A stretch of 64,000 nucleotides of DNA, filler included, from Streblomastix strix (GCA_008636045.1; 3 parts of 3 records of this genome joined end to end with filler, not necessarily neighbours in it); one strand, 5' to 3'; positions 39,514 to 54,418 are shown, counted from the first letter of the whole stretch. Notes: generated from the sequence alone by a model not told the origin. Numbers and translations are program-made.

Positions 39514-39611
39514 ATAAAAATCTTATTAGCACTTCAACTGCCCTACGCGGAATACAAATAAAAGGAGCGTTTCAATATGAATGTATAATATTTATTACTA
39601 ATGAATATGTG

Positions 39612-41966
39612 TCAAGTACGTCGACGACTCTATTAGCGCCAGAGCTCCTCTATGGCATTTAGGTATTTAGGATGGTTTATTCGTTCTTCAGTCAGCTATA
39701 ACTCACTCTCAGTCATTGCTATCCACTCTCTCTGAATAATCAGCTAAAGTCTGGCATTGCATTTCACATTCTCATCATCAATAGATGACTCACTTTCTAT
39801 TTTCTTTTACTATTTAGTTTTATTGTCCTTTTCTAATGATTCATCCCCTGTCCAAATACTCATAATATTTAAAGCTGCATTAATTTCTTATTTCCATTAA
39901 GTATTCAAACGACATTCATTAGCAAGAGATCCTATACTACGACCTAATGCAAAACAGACTCTTGCTGTAACTGTGAGAAGTTTAGATGCAGTAATTGGCT
40001 CATTCTTTATTTAAGATGTGCTCTCTTATATTTATTAGTATGTATCATGATAACGAAGCCATTGTGAATGTAAATAAAGACCTAGAACTTCTTCAGCAAG
40101 GGTTAGATTATCTTTTGGATTGTTACATTTAATAATAAAATTCTATTCTTTTTCTAATGATTATTTCTCTGATGATTAATTTTATAATTATTTGATGTTT
40201 ATATTTAATTCCCCTTCTAAAATAAGTGATGAAATATCTTAATTTAGAGTAAATATTCTTTTATGTTCAATATCTATAGTGTTATTAAGCCAAGCAAGAA
40301 GTGCTGTCAATGCTAAATGACGTAAGACTTTTTGTGATAAATAATTTAAAGGTTATTTCTATACTTAATTTTGATGTGTAGTATCAAAGTTATTTGATTC
40401 ATCTCTTTCAATGTTATTCATTTCATCATTCTCATTTGCTTAATCGCTTATTAATATTGATTTATTTGATATTTATTCTATAATCTGATTCCAATGCTAA
40501 ATAATTCCTTCATAATCTCTTTTGTTCCACAATCAAGTTGTTTATATCAAAATATTATCATTAAATGTTGGTTAAGGATTTGGTAATTATTATTAAGCCA
40601 TTCCTACCAGTCTTTCATATACACTTCTTTATTAATGAATTGATTATGAATCTTAATCTTATACATTAGTGCAAATATTACAATTACAAAGAAAACTGCA
40701 TTATTTGTAAATAGTAACTGATCTTAGCATTGGAGAAAGTAATCCCCATAATGGTCTATAAGAAACAGTTAATTATTCACCTTCTTTTACTCCATTAATA
40801 TTACTTACAATCATTCTAGCTATAGTACCATCAAAGAAGATTTCACAATTTGGATTACAAGAATGATTAACTCAACTTAGAATTCTATAAAATCCAACTC
40901 CAAATGGAGATCCTCCCATCGATGTTGTTGATTTAGCCCATAACATATTAGAACCAAGTAAACTGTATAAATAAGATAAAAGTGAAGATGAAAATGATCC
41001 ATATCCTAATTATTCTCTTTATCTTTATTTCTCTTATTATTAAATTTCTTTTTCTTCTTATTATTTCATTAATTCATCATTCTTTTCATCAGAGTTCTAA
41101 TCTCTTTCATTTTATTTCATTTATTCATCATTTTCATTTTCATATTCATATTCATCTTAGTAAAGTCTTGTAAATAATGCAAGAGTTTCTGATTATTCTA
41201 CTTCACTTCTCTGAACAAAAATCTAATTCACAGAATAGTCTGCAAGAAGACGACAAACAGATCTTTTACTTTTACCATTTTATTCAATAATCTTCTTTAA
41301 TAATTACCATTCTGGTTCTTAACTTTGGATGTTGTTATCCCATAAATAATCTTATTAGTTCAATTCATCTGACAAAATAATTCTATTTTCATAAATTGAA
41401 TCTTTACCAGTTGTAACATTAACAAATGCAATCGGTATTTCACTTAGAATTAGGTCTCCTCTCTTTAAATCACAGCCTGCTATAGTCGTATAATTAGTTT
41501 TATTATTCCATCTGATTCTAAGAGGTGTTTTTCTATCAATATGACCATTTTATCTTCCTAAATAACCAAATCCCTAACTTAATACTGGATTCAAATTGAG
41601 TTGTTGCACACTTTCTAAATAATTCTATTTAATGACCTTATCTGATGGCATTAACTCCAGAGCATGTGCAAAATCACATTCTGCTTCAAGCAATCGATTC
41701 ATTTTCATACGACAAAGTCCACGACGAAACCATGCTTTCGCATTAATTCAATTTTCTCCATTCATAATCAGCGCTTCTGTAGCTTCTGCTTCTCCGCTTG
41801 ACCATTCACAAAGTTTGATGTAGCATAAGCTCAAATTGCAATGTACTCTTTCCTTTTCATTGTCATCGTTTGAAGCTTATATTGCTTGTTTATAAGTAAT
41901 TACTGCTGGTTCAAAATTTTACTGTTCCAATAGGTTTTTTGCCGAAGCACACAATTCGTTAAACAT
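39612..41966 (-). CDS. TPR + SET (SMYD-like) lysine methyltransferase; single exon with 3 internal TGA
   Basis: TPR motifs HCNLSLCYIKL and KAWFRRG; SET motifs DLKRGDLILSEIP, GFYRILS*VNHSCNPNC and GEQLTVSY; post-SET FLCNCNIC. One continuous frame. Confidence 0.88.
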
Positions 41967-42680
41967 TCTATAAAAATAATTCATAATACATTTAACAAAA
42001 TAATAAAATAATTAAATGATTTGAAAATGATTATGGGACGTGAAATTCACGTTTTAATGAAAAATAACCAAAATAAGATTATTTGACTGAATTTGGTATT
42101 AATAGGGCTGGAAAAGTAAAATTAATATTTTAATATTTTATTTAAGAAAAAATAAAATTGTTTCGTAAGAATTGGGTGAGTGAATGGTGCAGGGCGATGA
42201 TGTGACCTTGTATATAATAAATCACATTATATACCTAGTTAAATGTTAATATTTTTCTAATAAATGATAGAAAATATAATAATTGACGTAATTACATATA
42301 TATTATCTAATATTTTTATTCAGAACACGAGAAATAGCTCCACTTCAAATTTTCTGATATTTTTTTGAATAAACAATAATTCGCACTATTGTTTTCAATT
42401 TCACTTTTGTTGAAATTATCATGACGTTTGGAAAGTTAATAAACATAATATTTATTGATTTAACATTGAATAAATTTATTAAAAAAAATCAAATAAAAAA
42501 TAAACAAAGAGCTTTGAAATGAATATGGGAAATGATTTCAAAATTTACCAGAAGCTCCAGTTACATTCATAGGAATGTATGTACTAAATTCACTCTATCT
42601 CCCTGTTCGAGTACGACTTGAATATTATTTACCTCTTTTCTCATTTCTTTCATCATTTGCCAATTATTTTAGTTTCTTTA

Positions 42681-42780
42681 NNNNNNNNNNNNNNNNNNNN
42701 NNNNNNNNNNNNNNNNNNNNNNNNTTAATTAATTAANNNNNNNNNNNNNNNNNNNNNNNNNNNNNNNNNNNNNNNNNNNN
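42681..42780. other. Assembly gap with TTAATTAATTAA linker
   Basis: Same linker as at 21.3 kb. Confidence 0.95.
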
Positions 42781-45700
42781 ATAATGCTCCATATTTATTA
42801 TCTCTGATGGATCGACCGTGTTTGTTATCAATTCTTTGCAACCAATCGAAAAATGTAGCTCTTGGACATACAGTTCGATCTCTTGTCTTCGGTAGTTTAT
42901 TGGAATGGAGTCTTGATCTTGTTTTCGGTTATAGTCTTAAATCTACTTTATCCGTTTGTTCGCAAATTACAGAATGTCTTAGAGATATTCCTTCGATTTC
43001 GGCTGGTCTTATTGAACAAATAGTCATAAGGAGTGAAGTGAATTTAGTCTACAGTTCAATGTTTGACAAATTTCGGTTCGATCCTTTTTCTCTCCAATAG
43101 TCAAATAGTATTCCTACGTTCCATGTGTCCTCGTATTTCGGTTTAACAATCATATGTGCTGAAATTGTTTTTCTGGTAAACTGGAGCATGTGGTTATTCT
43201 TTAAGTCTATATTAAAGGTAAGTGAGAGCATTGAGGAGAGTAAATTAAGAAACTGAAGTGCTGAGCTTGCTGAAGTGTTTACTGAAGTGAATTAAGCTAG
43301 TACTTCTGTTATGATGATGTGTAGTTTCATTTTTAATAAATCAAGTGTTGTATAGTGATTGATTTGGGTCCATTTCTTGAGTTTTTCGATTACATTATAA
43401 CATCTTCTTTGGGATTGTATCTTTATCCATATAAAATTATGTCTATTGCTCCCTTGGATACGTTTAGTATTCTCAAAATCTTTCTCGTGAATCTTCTTCC
43501 CTTCCTGGCCTTCGGTCCATCAGGAAACAACATATCTTTCCAGGAGAGAGTTCCAAATTATTCTTAATTAACGACGTTCTTGGCTCCAGAATTTCGTTGC
43601 CCCAGCCAAGCATAAAGGATTGAGCATTCTCGTTTACCAGTTCTGTATACCATATCTGGCCTGGCCATAGTGGGGCTATTATCATTGCTTCGATCTGCTC
43701 TTCTCTGATCTTCTTCAGAACTGCTGGAAGGAGATGGATAGGAGGATGAATACATGGAAGTTTCATCTTCCATGTTTGATTGAGAGCATCGATTGCTGCT
43801 TCTCCGTGTCCTCTTATTGTTGACATGAATCTTGGCAGTAGATTATTGAAGTGTTTTGAGAATAAATCTATTGTTGGGTTTAAGTTCATTTGAAGACATG
43901 TCTGTCGAAAAATCTTCTCCTTTAGTTTATAGTCTCCTGCTCTTGATAGTCTACTTAGTGCGTCTGCTATTTAGTTTTTGACTCCTGGGAGATGAGTAAT
44001 CTGGATCAATATTCCTAGTTTTTCTATTGTTTAGTGTACCTGTTTAATTTCCTTTATCAATGATGTTGATGCTCTCCATTTCTTAATATCGAAAACTGCT
44101 GTACTGTTATCGCTTCTGATCGCCAGGGATTGAACTCGCGAATTCTTTAAGGTTTTGGCGAAACTTCATAGGCCTTAAGTTATAGCTTTGATTTCCCTAT
44201 TATTACTCGTTAACTTCGCTTATCTTTTATTCCAAGTTCCATGAGCCATTGCTATCATTTCCAGTTCTTTCTCTAATGTTGAACCCCATCCACTTGGTGC
44301 TGCATCTGTTGTCATTGTCATTTGTGGTGGCATTTATATTAATTATGCTGGAATGTTTGCCTTGAGTTTCGCTATCCACCAATTTATATCTGCGATTGCC
44401 GTTTTATTCATTATTATCGTTGTTTTCCATCCTCTCAGTCTTGCAGCTTATACTTTCTGATGGTCCATTATGTTCAGAAAGAGTGATGCTTCTTAAAATT
44501 ATAGCCTTATATTGTTTAGTTTTCCTATTAACTTCGCTGTTTGTTTTACTGCTATCTCTGTTCCTGTCTTTATCCATCTTCTAATATTGAATAAATCGTG
44601 TAGGAGAAGTAAACGCTTCTTCGGTTTCGTTTTCACTGTTGCGTTTGCTAGATTCTATTCCCATCCTAGAAATATTACTGTTTGATTCGGTTCTGTCTCG
44701 CTCTTTTCTGTGTTCATTGTGAATCCGAAATATTTCAGTGTTTCTATTACTTTCTGAGTCATGTTCTTTAAATATTTTTTGTTCTGGTGAAGGAGAAGGA
44801 TGTCGTTGACATAATTAATTATTCTAATCTCGCTTTTCATTCTTATTTGTTGCATTATCGGTTCCATTGCTGTTGCAAAGTATATAGGTGAGTGCTTGGT
44901 TCCAAATGGCATTGCTCTGTATGTGTAGTAGTTGTTCTGGAATTCGAATGCAAGGTATGGTTGTGATTCCATTTGAAATATTAGGTGGTGAAATGCAGTG
45001 GAGAGGTCTAGTGAAGTGCCCTAGTCTCTACGTCAAATTGTCTGTTTCACCTCGTTCGAATAGTGCATTTTGAAGTGGAAGTCTACTATCTGTTTATTCA
45101 ACGCTTTCACATCCAGTATCTTTCTCCATTTCCCGTTCGCTTTCTTTATCATGAATGTTGGGTTATACCATTTGATCTGTTCCTTTCCTATTGGTATTAC
45201 AATATTCTCTTTCAATTACTCTTCCAACATTACCCTCTATTCTCTCGCATCTTCTTCTGTTCCCCTAAATTTCATTACCTTTAACTAACTTTATAGGTTA
45301 GTAATACTCAAATCGTCTTTCCACTGGAGGGTGAATCCTTATTGGATAAAGTCTTTCATGCTAATTGTCTCCCATTATTCTAAATATCTCGCTGTTGATC
45401 CCCCATTCCCGTCTAATATTTCTCTATTCTCCTTGTCGGTTTCACGGTTCTCAAGATCTCTGCCCTCCATTATTTCCTCCTTTCTTTCTTATTTAGTCCA
45501 GCTAATCCGGCTCATCAGTCTCGGAATAGGGCTCTATTTCTATTTGGTTGTCGGAGTTGAATCCTTGTTTCTGTTTCTTGAATCCTGCACTGGTCTTGTT
45601 GCCTTTGGAGTGTTTTATGGACTTGTCTTCAGTAACTATGACTATATCTGCCCTTTTTCTCTGCTCCTACTAGGGTGTTAAGTGGTTAAGAGTGTCAAAG

Positions 45701-48700
45701 TTGGCTCTAGCTTCGATGCTCTTTAAGGATTTATTGGGTACGGACTTTGGTTAACCTGTTTTGCTTCTAGTATCGTGTTCGTTAACTTGCTGTATCTTCT
45801 ATTTAAGTACTACAATTTTTCCTTTTACTTCACCTAGTTCTGGAGGTGTGGTAATTAGAAGAGGTTGGCCTTTGGGTTGTGAAGTGTTTGTGTATTTAGT
45901 TCTTATTTGGAATGGGTTGTATGGGGTGATCCTATTTCCCCTGGTTTATTATTTATACTATCTTGTTAATGTTAGATTTCATTGTTAGATTCTTTGCTGG
46001 TTTATTGTTATTATCCTCCGATTCTATTATCATTTGCTTGTTCGTTATTGTCTTCATTGCCAGTGCTATCGATTGCCTGATGGTTTTCATGTCCATTTTC
46101 GTTGGTTGCTGCCTGTAACTGCGTCCCGCAACTGTTTCCTCCGAGTCCATCTGATCCGTTTACATTGTGAGGTGGAGTGTTGGCGGATGTTTTTGTGATA
46201 TTGATCTCGGGATTCGCTTCTCCGTTGATTGTGGCCTTTAACTGCGTCCCGCTGTTATTCTTTCTGAGACCAACGTTTCTGTTTGTGAAATGCTTGGGTT
46301 CGATTGCGTACTCAGATTAGTCATTATCTCCATTGTCTTCTGTTCCATCAGCTACGATTCTTTCTATTTTATTTGTTAATTGTTCTTTGTCTCAGCCTTC
46401 TGGTTCTGATTCTATAATTTGTTCTGCAGCGAGTGTAATTAGACCTATTACTGCCTCGGGTATTGATTGGTATATTTGGAGGTGTATTTTAATGAATCCA
46501 GCCACTCTATCACTGACGTTTAGTAATCCTGGTATGAACGATCCCCTTTGTAGGTTAGCCCACTCTTCAAGGTTGTCGGTTAGTCAAAGACAATATGGGA
46601 CTACGCCCTAGCATACGTCCCCATCAAATTACTTCAATTGTTCTTCTGAGAGGTTTAGGTCTTTAGGTCTAGGAATTGGTGTTGGGCGATAGTTCTTAGG
46701 TGGATAGAAGAAAGCAGGACCATCATTGTTCGGGTAATGTTTGTATTATCCTGATAATATAGTTTTGGGTTTCTTCTTTTCTTCTTCGATTATTGGCTTC
46801 TTTATTTCATGGAACCTTTCAATTACATACATTAGCCCTGCATATTGTAGTAATTTAGGTTATTTTGGATCTGGTTCCTTTTCCTTATATCCTCGTGGAT
46901 CTCTGGGAGAAATTACTCTTAATATAATTAATGTTTCTTCCAATGATGGTGATGGTGAGTGTTGTTGAAAGTGTGGTGAAGAAGGTTTGTGAGGTGTATT
47001 GTGCTATGGACTTATATAATTTAAGTCTATGTTTGGGTTTGTTTGATTATCCTAATCCTATTGTGTGAGTGAAATGGGGTTTTTTCGTTCTGAACGCCTT
47101 TCTATCTAGTTTTCATTTACTTCCGGGTCTTTTTCCATTTGTGATTGTTGTGGTTGGAATTGTTATTGGTTCTTGGCTTGTTTTTTCTTGTCAAATTCGA
47201 TCTATCTCTCCTTCTCCATTTGTCTATGGCGTTCATCATCTTCCAACCAATCCTCATCTCCATCGGTTCACGGAATCTCATTGTTTCCTTTCCCTGTCCA
47301 ATCTTCTTATATTTGTTAGCTATTGCTGCTACTACTGCTACTGCTGCTACTACTACTCTATTTCCTTCTCGCTTCTACCTCAAAAAGCTGTTCATCTAAT
47401 CTCGGTCTTTTCAATCCCTTCCCGTTGTCTATTGCCTATTACTTCTCTCTTCCACATATTCTGATCGATTCGTTTCTTTTGGACTTTTCGTGAGGACTTT
47501 GAGACTTGTACTCCTTTGACAGGTAATATGGTATATTGATTTACTCCAGTGAAAAGCCTGCATCTGATCAGAACTCTCTCCAATCTTTAAACGTAAAGGG
47601 TTTTGTGTTGCCAGCTTGCTATGCCATTTCGAGTTCTTGTATTTAATCACTCTGGGGTCTCTCACTAAGTCATATCCTCTGTTTTACCATATTCGTTGAG
47701 CTGATTCTATGTCCTTCATGTGCGGTGGTAAGTGTGGCATTGTCATTCCAGGTACTACTTCCTCCAGAAACACATCATCTTCTGATTCATCTGCTTTCTT
47801 ATGTGGTGGGGATATAGACCTTTAACTCTGTCTTTGCTGTTGATTTCTCTCTGTAGTGTAAGGTAGCAGTGGTATTCGAGGCGTTTGTTGTTACGGGTAT
47901 GCTGGAATTGGTGGAATTAGCAGGTTTTGTACACTTCTGGCTGATGTTGTACTCTGTTGTGGCCTTTCGACTGTTTATGTTGCAGCTTGTTCCATCTGTT
48001 AACTTGGTTAGCTCGGATTTTACTCTCTTACGGCTTCCATACTTGGTAATCGAGATTCATTCATTTGTGTTTACGGTGGGTTCATCGTTGGTAAAAACGG
48101 ATTTGGTGGCAGGATAGCTGGGAACTTAACTGGTTGATTCGGGTATTGCATTGGTTGCCCAGAGTATTGGAAGGGGTATTGTGGTGGTTACTATCCCTAC
48201 ATCTACTGTTGGGGGGGTTGGTTGTAAAATGGATTCAGTGGTGCGTATGGATCCAGGCTCTACTGTTATAATTGACTCAGTAGTGGTAAAAACTCAGTCA
48301 GTTGGGTTTCTGATGTCGGTTTTCAAGTTAGATCCAGAGCCCATTCTGGTGGTACTATCTCCGGCTTGCTCCTAATCATGTCTATGACTTACTGCGCGGT
48401 CAGCTTCTTCAGTTCCTAGTCCAGTTCCCCTGTGAAGCCAACAATTCTCGTTAATAACGTATCTACAGAAGCCGGATGTGCTCTATCTGTCTTGGGCAGT
48501 GCTCGTAGTGACTTCAGCATTTAATTGTTGCATCCTGGACGTATTACTGGTGACAGTTATGTTTTCAGCAGGTTCCCTTGCACCGTCGTGTCCATCAGCG
48601 CTAGCGTCATGTTCACTTTGTAAATCGTATCGTATATGCTTATGGACGTGCACAAATTGAATTTTAGAGTTGCTAACAGGTCTAGTTTTACGATCTATGT

Positions 48701-49070
48701 CAATGTTCCCTGTAGCAGTCTGTACTGTTGCAGCAATTTCGTTTCTAGATCTGCGAGAACTTGTTCAAAAGCGAGCATCGGTTGCGCTGGTGGATTATTG
48801 TGTTTCGGTGGCTTTCTGCGCGTTACCAAGTCCGTGGCTGCACTTGCGCGTTGTCTAGCCTCTACCACTTGCTCTTCTGACGGTTCTCGGCGTAAAAATC
48901 GATTTGCGACGCTTCTTGTCCAGATAGCCCAGCCAAGAGCACCCGTGCTGCTGTTATCGCGTTCGGCGGTAGAGATAGTGTATAAAAATTTTGGAACCTA
49001 TGATTTTCCGTATGAAAATGACATAACTCGTCCGCGCCAAATGACTTTGAGCATCAACGCAAAAATGTAT
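42781..49070 (-). mobile_element. DIRS-type retrotransposon (element 3); 3' end lost in the gap, 5' boundary approximate
   Basis: YR (ICSIRPAEI, 42781-43480); MT (IDLFS, IHPPI); RH (TTDAAPSGWG); RT (WRKILD, AMPFG, YVND) at 43473-45470; long Pro/Gln-rich gag region to ~48.6 kb. Confidence 0.88.
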
Positions 49071-49545
49071 CAAATTCACTAGTCAAATAACATAGACAAT
49101 TTTTGTTAAATATCCGCATCACTGAGCACTAATTCTGCCATGCTAATTGGAATCATAATCCCCACAACAAATGCATATTGTTATTCATAATAAATAATGT
49201 ATAAAAATAATTTTCAGTCTTCTCCCCACATTTGTTTTTAGAATTAGCGCCAATCTCTTATGTATTATTCACGTAATTTGTGTTATTTTTCACTAACTTT
49301 TTACATTTCATCATTATAATTTTTCAATTCATCTTCACCACAAATATTTTTAATTTTTTCTTTATAATCAATTAATTAATCAAATGTTAAAAGTAAACAG
49401 TACTTTGATATCTAGATTTCATTGAAATTGCTGGAAGAGATGTTACCAATTAATTCTATCCTACCTTATTTATCTGTGTGAACAAGATTCCAGCATATTA
49501 ATTTCATTTCAATGAAAAAATAAAAATAATAAATGCCAATAATTT

Positions 49546-50724
49546 TCACTGTTCCTCAATAACATAATCATCTAAATCATTTTAGAAGTCATATGGTACT
49601 AGTCTAGCACTTTCTAGTGTTTTTCCTTCACTAAATGTTGGCTTTTTCCTTGCTTTTATTTTTGCCATATCCGATTCATATGATCTCTATTCTTTGGCTC
49701 TTTTCTCATCTCTTTTCTATTTTGCTACTTTAATAGCTTATTCTGTTGGAATAGTAAATATGTCATCTCCATCATCATTTGTATCATCAGGGATTTCACC
49801 TAATTGATTATTCCAAAATGCTGCATAACATATTTATATCAGGCTCATCATTTAGTTATCTCTTTACTAAATATTAGCAGTTATGAAATATTGATTATAT
49901 GCTTATTTTATTGCTTTACTTAATTTCTTATATATCGCTAGTGATGTAGCATCATCTCCAATAAATGACTATGCTTAATATGATTTATTATAATATTACA
50001 ATAACCATGGAACAATAACCCCTTTCCATATTCTTCCTCCAATGACTGAATATACTTAAGCTACTGTATAGCCGCGCTCTTTCAAGAATGGGGATAGAAA
50101 GTGTTTGATGAAATGCCTATGACCATCTGCTGGCTTATCTTCTTCTTTCCATCTTTTATAATGATTATTAGCACTATCTTCTTTAGTTGGATTTTCAGTG
50201 AAATATTTAGTTACTCTTTGACGCTTAATTGGAACTGTAATTCTAAGTCCATCAGCTGACTGAATAAATCCTCTATCATCACGAACAACAAACTCTGGAA
50301 ACTTATCACCATTAATATCTTCTTCTACTCCAACTAGTTTCTATTATCTGGGATTTTTTCTACTCTTCTGCCATTATTCAAATGACGGCTAATTTGACCA
50401 CATTTTCTTGAATTGAATATCTTTATTTCTACAAATCAAATCCATTAGAGGAGCATATGATTATTATCTTGATTGAGCTAGAAGCTTATTTCTTTTCTTA
50501 AATGATTAATCTCAAATCTTTTAATATTCTTTATTATTTTTGAGCTCTTAATTTAATGTTAATTATAGTCCTATTGTCTTCTGATATGTTTCATATGGTA
50601 GCACTATCCCCTTATTTCCTTAGTAATCTTGTTCTTAAACTCTTTGGTTAGTATGAGAGAGATATCCAAATTTATCTGCTACAGTTTGTTATGAAGATCC
50701 ACCTTATAAAGTTTGTTCACTCAT
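49546..50724 (-). CDS. Viral hypothetical protein
   Basis: ~390-codon frame with TAR=Gln (MSEQTLQGG...); one internal TGA. Confidence 0.55.
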
Positions 50725-50787
50725 TTAGTTTAAGCAAAAAAAATAGATACTAACTACTTGTCAATCATTAGTTTCAACTGTAAATAA

Positions 50788-51573
50788 ATGTCAAATCATT
50801 CACTAACGCAATATGTAAATGAATTACTAGATAGTTAAGTCACTAATAAACATGAGGTAAAAAGCATAGTTCACAAGGAAATTAACTTTACGTATAATTC
50901 CATTAACTTACTTATAGGATAGAGAGGAAGTGGTAAGTCATATAATGTATTCAAAGAATTAATTAAATTGAGTTAGGTTAAGAACTGTTATACATTATTT
51001 ATATATGTTACTGATAACAATAATGATTAAACATATAAGAAGATGAGCACATTAATCACTATTCCAACAAAGATTGTTACTTACGGTGAGATTGATTGGG
51101 TGCCTAATGATCTTATTGAGGCAAAAGCAGCATATAATACTGTTGTTGAGAATCATCTAATAAATTAACTCACATCAGATTCAAAATAAGATATCCTTTC
51201 TACAATTGGAGTAGAGAATTTCAAAATTAAATATCCTCATACACCAGTTCTATTTGATGACGCAAAGTCAGTATTCAAAAATAAGTAATTATCATTATTC
51301 AAAAAGCTATTCAAGAACAGATGGCCAAGAATCACTTATTTTCTATGCTGATAAAATATAATAGGTCTTGATGCAAGTATAAAAGTTAATGTTGATACAA
51401 TATACTTTTTCGGTGGATTCAATTGTTAGAAATTTAACCTATTTTATTATCAATCTTCTATACTATTTGATAAACATAAAGTATGGGAGTAGTATATAAA
51501 TTTAACAAAACGGTAGGCATTAATAGTATAATACAGCAATGATGGAACAAAAATAAAGATATTAGACTCATGA
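50788..51573 (+). CDS. A32/FtsK-like genome-packaging ATPase
   Basis: Walker A LLIGQRGSGKS; Walker B VLFDDA; KNRWPRITYFLC*Q and IKVNVDTIYFF motifs; internal TGA at 51349. Confidence 0.85.
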
Positions 51574-52705
51574 AATTTCATCAATTAAAATAATTTCCTT
51601 ATCAATTTATACACTAATTAACTTATCCAGTTAATCATTATTTGTCTAAAGGGGATCTTTTTTTTTATTGCTTGAGTGACATTTTCTCAAAGAAACTATT
51701 CCTTAGAGTTTAGTAATACAATACCCTTTGACTTTAAATGTCTTATTTAATTTTTATGTAGTTATTTAATCCATTGATTCCTTATTCAGTACAAGATACT
51801 ATTTGAACTCATTAACTGTATCAAATGTTACTAACTCAGATGAATACTTCTCTAATATCTTCAGTTACGGTAGATTATTTGAATTGATGCCAGGGAACTA
51901 ATGTTCATTATTGAATTTATTAGCTATCCTCTATTTGCTGTCAAATATTACTCGACTCATTTTATTTGAAACAAAATCACAATGTTTAATCAAAATGCTA
52001 AATAGATTTCAAGTATAAATGATATATTATTTTAATCAACTAATTCACTATCAATATTCTTAAACCAAAATTATACGTTTCTATGATGATTTAATTGACG
52101 AAAGTGTTTATCTGTACATTTTTCATCACATCTACCTACATACTAATCATTATCTTAATCTTCTTACACAAGTGAAGCATGTAAATAAAGATCTTAACCA
52201 ATTAACTGTTTATTTGTTCTACATTATACAAATATTATCTCTCTATTATTTTTCGATGTGACAAATTCTACAGGTAATTGAAATTGATTAATCCCTTCAT
52301 CTGTTGGTACAGTTGAGTTTTAAGTTAATATCATTCGTTTTCTGTTCGGTTATGAGATCATTTTATACTCCAAAAATAAATCATAAATCATTCTCAACTT
52401 CATATTATAGATATCTATCTTCTTCAGCCTCATATGCCACCCTTGTATTATGTTTTTTACATTAATCATTACTAAATTGTTTTATTTATTTAATATTTTT
52501 ATTTTTGTCACTGATTCTCTTAATTTTAGATTTGTAATCAGTGATTTGATCTTCAGTTAAGAATAATTAGCAACTATCGATCTAAGCCATTTCATAATCA
52601 CCATCTGGAATATTACTTGTTAATGTTACCTCACCCTCACCATTTGTATATACTATTTTGTAATCTATTTTGATTAAATAAAAATAATAATAATAAATTA
52701 ATTTT

Positions 52706-54418
52706 TCATCCTTCAATCTAACTTATAACTTCATCAAATGAGTTATTAACATCATAAACACATGAACCTCCGTTAGCAGGTCCAAATAGCCAGAAAGTAT
52801 CATGCATAGTGCATAGAATTGATGGTAGGGGTCTCTTACCCATTAAATCAACATTATAATAACAATCTGTATCACCTTAATAAATAGGTCCTCCTCTTAA
52901 CTCCACTGACACATTTTAATTATTTGTATCTAATCCGTCAAATGTTAGTGCACCGTTACTATTACGTTCACATTAAAGAGTGATCATGAATGAGGTAAGA
53001 TCAGTGTGAGGATTCAATCTTCTTGAAGCAGCGTTTCTTGGTGTTATCAAAGCATCTTCGAATTCATCAGTTGCTTCGAATAACAGATCCAAATTACTTG
53101 CATTCAATTAGATTTAGAAGAATTATTAATCTAGAGTATTCATAGGCATATCAGGGAAATTTCTTCCACAAGTTGTCACTTATATATTATGATAGCATGG
53201 ATTTTCATAACAAGTTGTTGCTCTAGCATCTTTTGGAAATAGCAACCATAAGTCAGTGACATTATACAATGGGATATTTTATGATGTTCTAATTCCTGTT
53301 GTAGTAGCACTTGTAGGGAATGACCATACTTTAACTCTCTGTGAAGGAACAACAAATGGTCTATTACCATAGAATTCTCGTACTCTCTATAAACAGTCAT
53401 CTGTAGCCTTATAACCACTCATATTTGCAGTCACTTCAGTTACAACGTAATTCTTTATTGATAACGTCACAGGGCTGATACTACACATCAAATTCTTCAA
53501 TCCACTATCTGTTATTTATTCAATACTTATTTTTGTAATGAGATCTACAGTACATTCCATTTGAGTAAATTACTATGTATATTGATATCTCAAGCTCCAA
53601 TTTCTAAAAAGAAGATCAATGTTCTTCAGTTTATCGGGACCACAAGCCATAAGATCAGTCTTATTCATAGTGTAGTATTTAGCCATACTGATAATTGGGT
53701 TCACTTATGCAAATACAAATATGTTGGGGTTAATTTTAAATTTAATTTTCAAATCACCGAATAATGAATTAGGATAGTTAGTAAATCCACTAAATATAAG
53801 TATATCATCTAAAGGAATCGATAATCTAAATCTTATAGGCATAGTGAATGGAACAGAAACCTAATCTTTAATAGCTTCTTCTATCTCTCTTATTGTTACA
53901 TAAGTGCCACAAGCTGATGTATCATATTTATGTTTATTTTCATACAGTAAATGAATGTGTTTTCTATTATTTTTCTCGCTTCGTGGTTTAACGGTGTTAT
54001 AGATAAATTATTCAGTAGTTGAATCATTTTACGATGTTCCATCAATAGTACGCCATCTATGATAAATAGTATATTCTCTTACAACCTAACTAGCTGATTT
54101 TAATCCAATGAATAATACAGTTCCATCTTTATAATATTCTTCAAAACCATCGAATTTGTTGTCAAATTGAACATTAGCTGAGAGTACTATTGAAAGGAAT
54201 GAATTCTGAATTTATGTTACATCATGATCAGTGTCAGACAAGTTAATTAAAATTTCCTTATCGAATAGTGCAGGCATTTAACTCTCGGGTTTGATTTCTT
54301 TGATTGAATAATGATGTTCTCCATCATTTCTAAATGCATCAACAGAATTACTTTTTAATGTTGCTTCGATAGTCCCGAGTTATTGCAAATGCATTGACTT
54401 ATTGAGAAAGCGGTTCAT
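52706..54418 (-). pseudogene. Putative major capsid protein (double jelly-roll), frameshifted
   Basis: ~570-codon beta-rich ORF close to the ATPase (FIGLKSASQ, SACGTY, LSIPLDDILIF, FGDLKIKF). Size and position fit a Maverick MCP; the fold was not verified. Confidence 0.55.

Noticed and set aside
42536..42680. Short minus-strand frame ending ...VTGASGKF*
   Set aside because: It may be a gene 3' end cut by the gap, but it is too short to assign.
21291..42780. TTAATTAATTAA motifs as biological sites, and synteny across them
   Set aside because: They are artificial gap linkers within N-runs, so adjacency across the gaps is unverified.
44396..49082. Many plus-strand ORFs over the DIRS elements
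   Set aside because: They are antisense shadows of minus-strand gag/pol with no motifs of their own.
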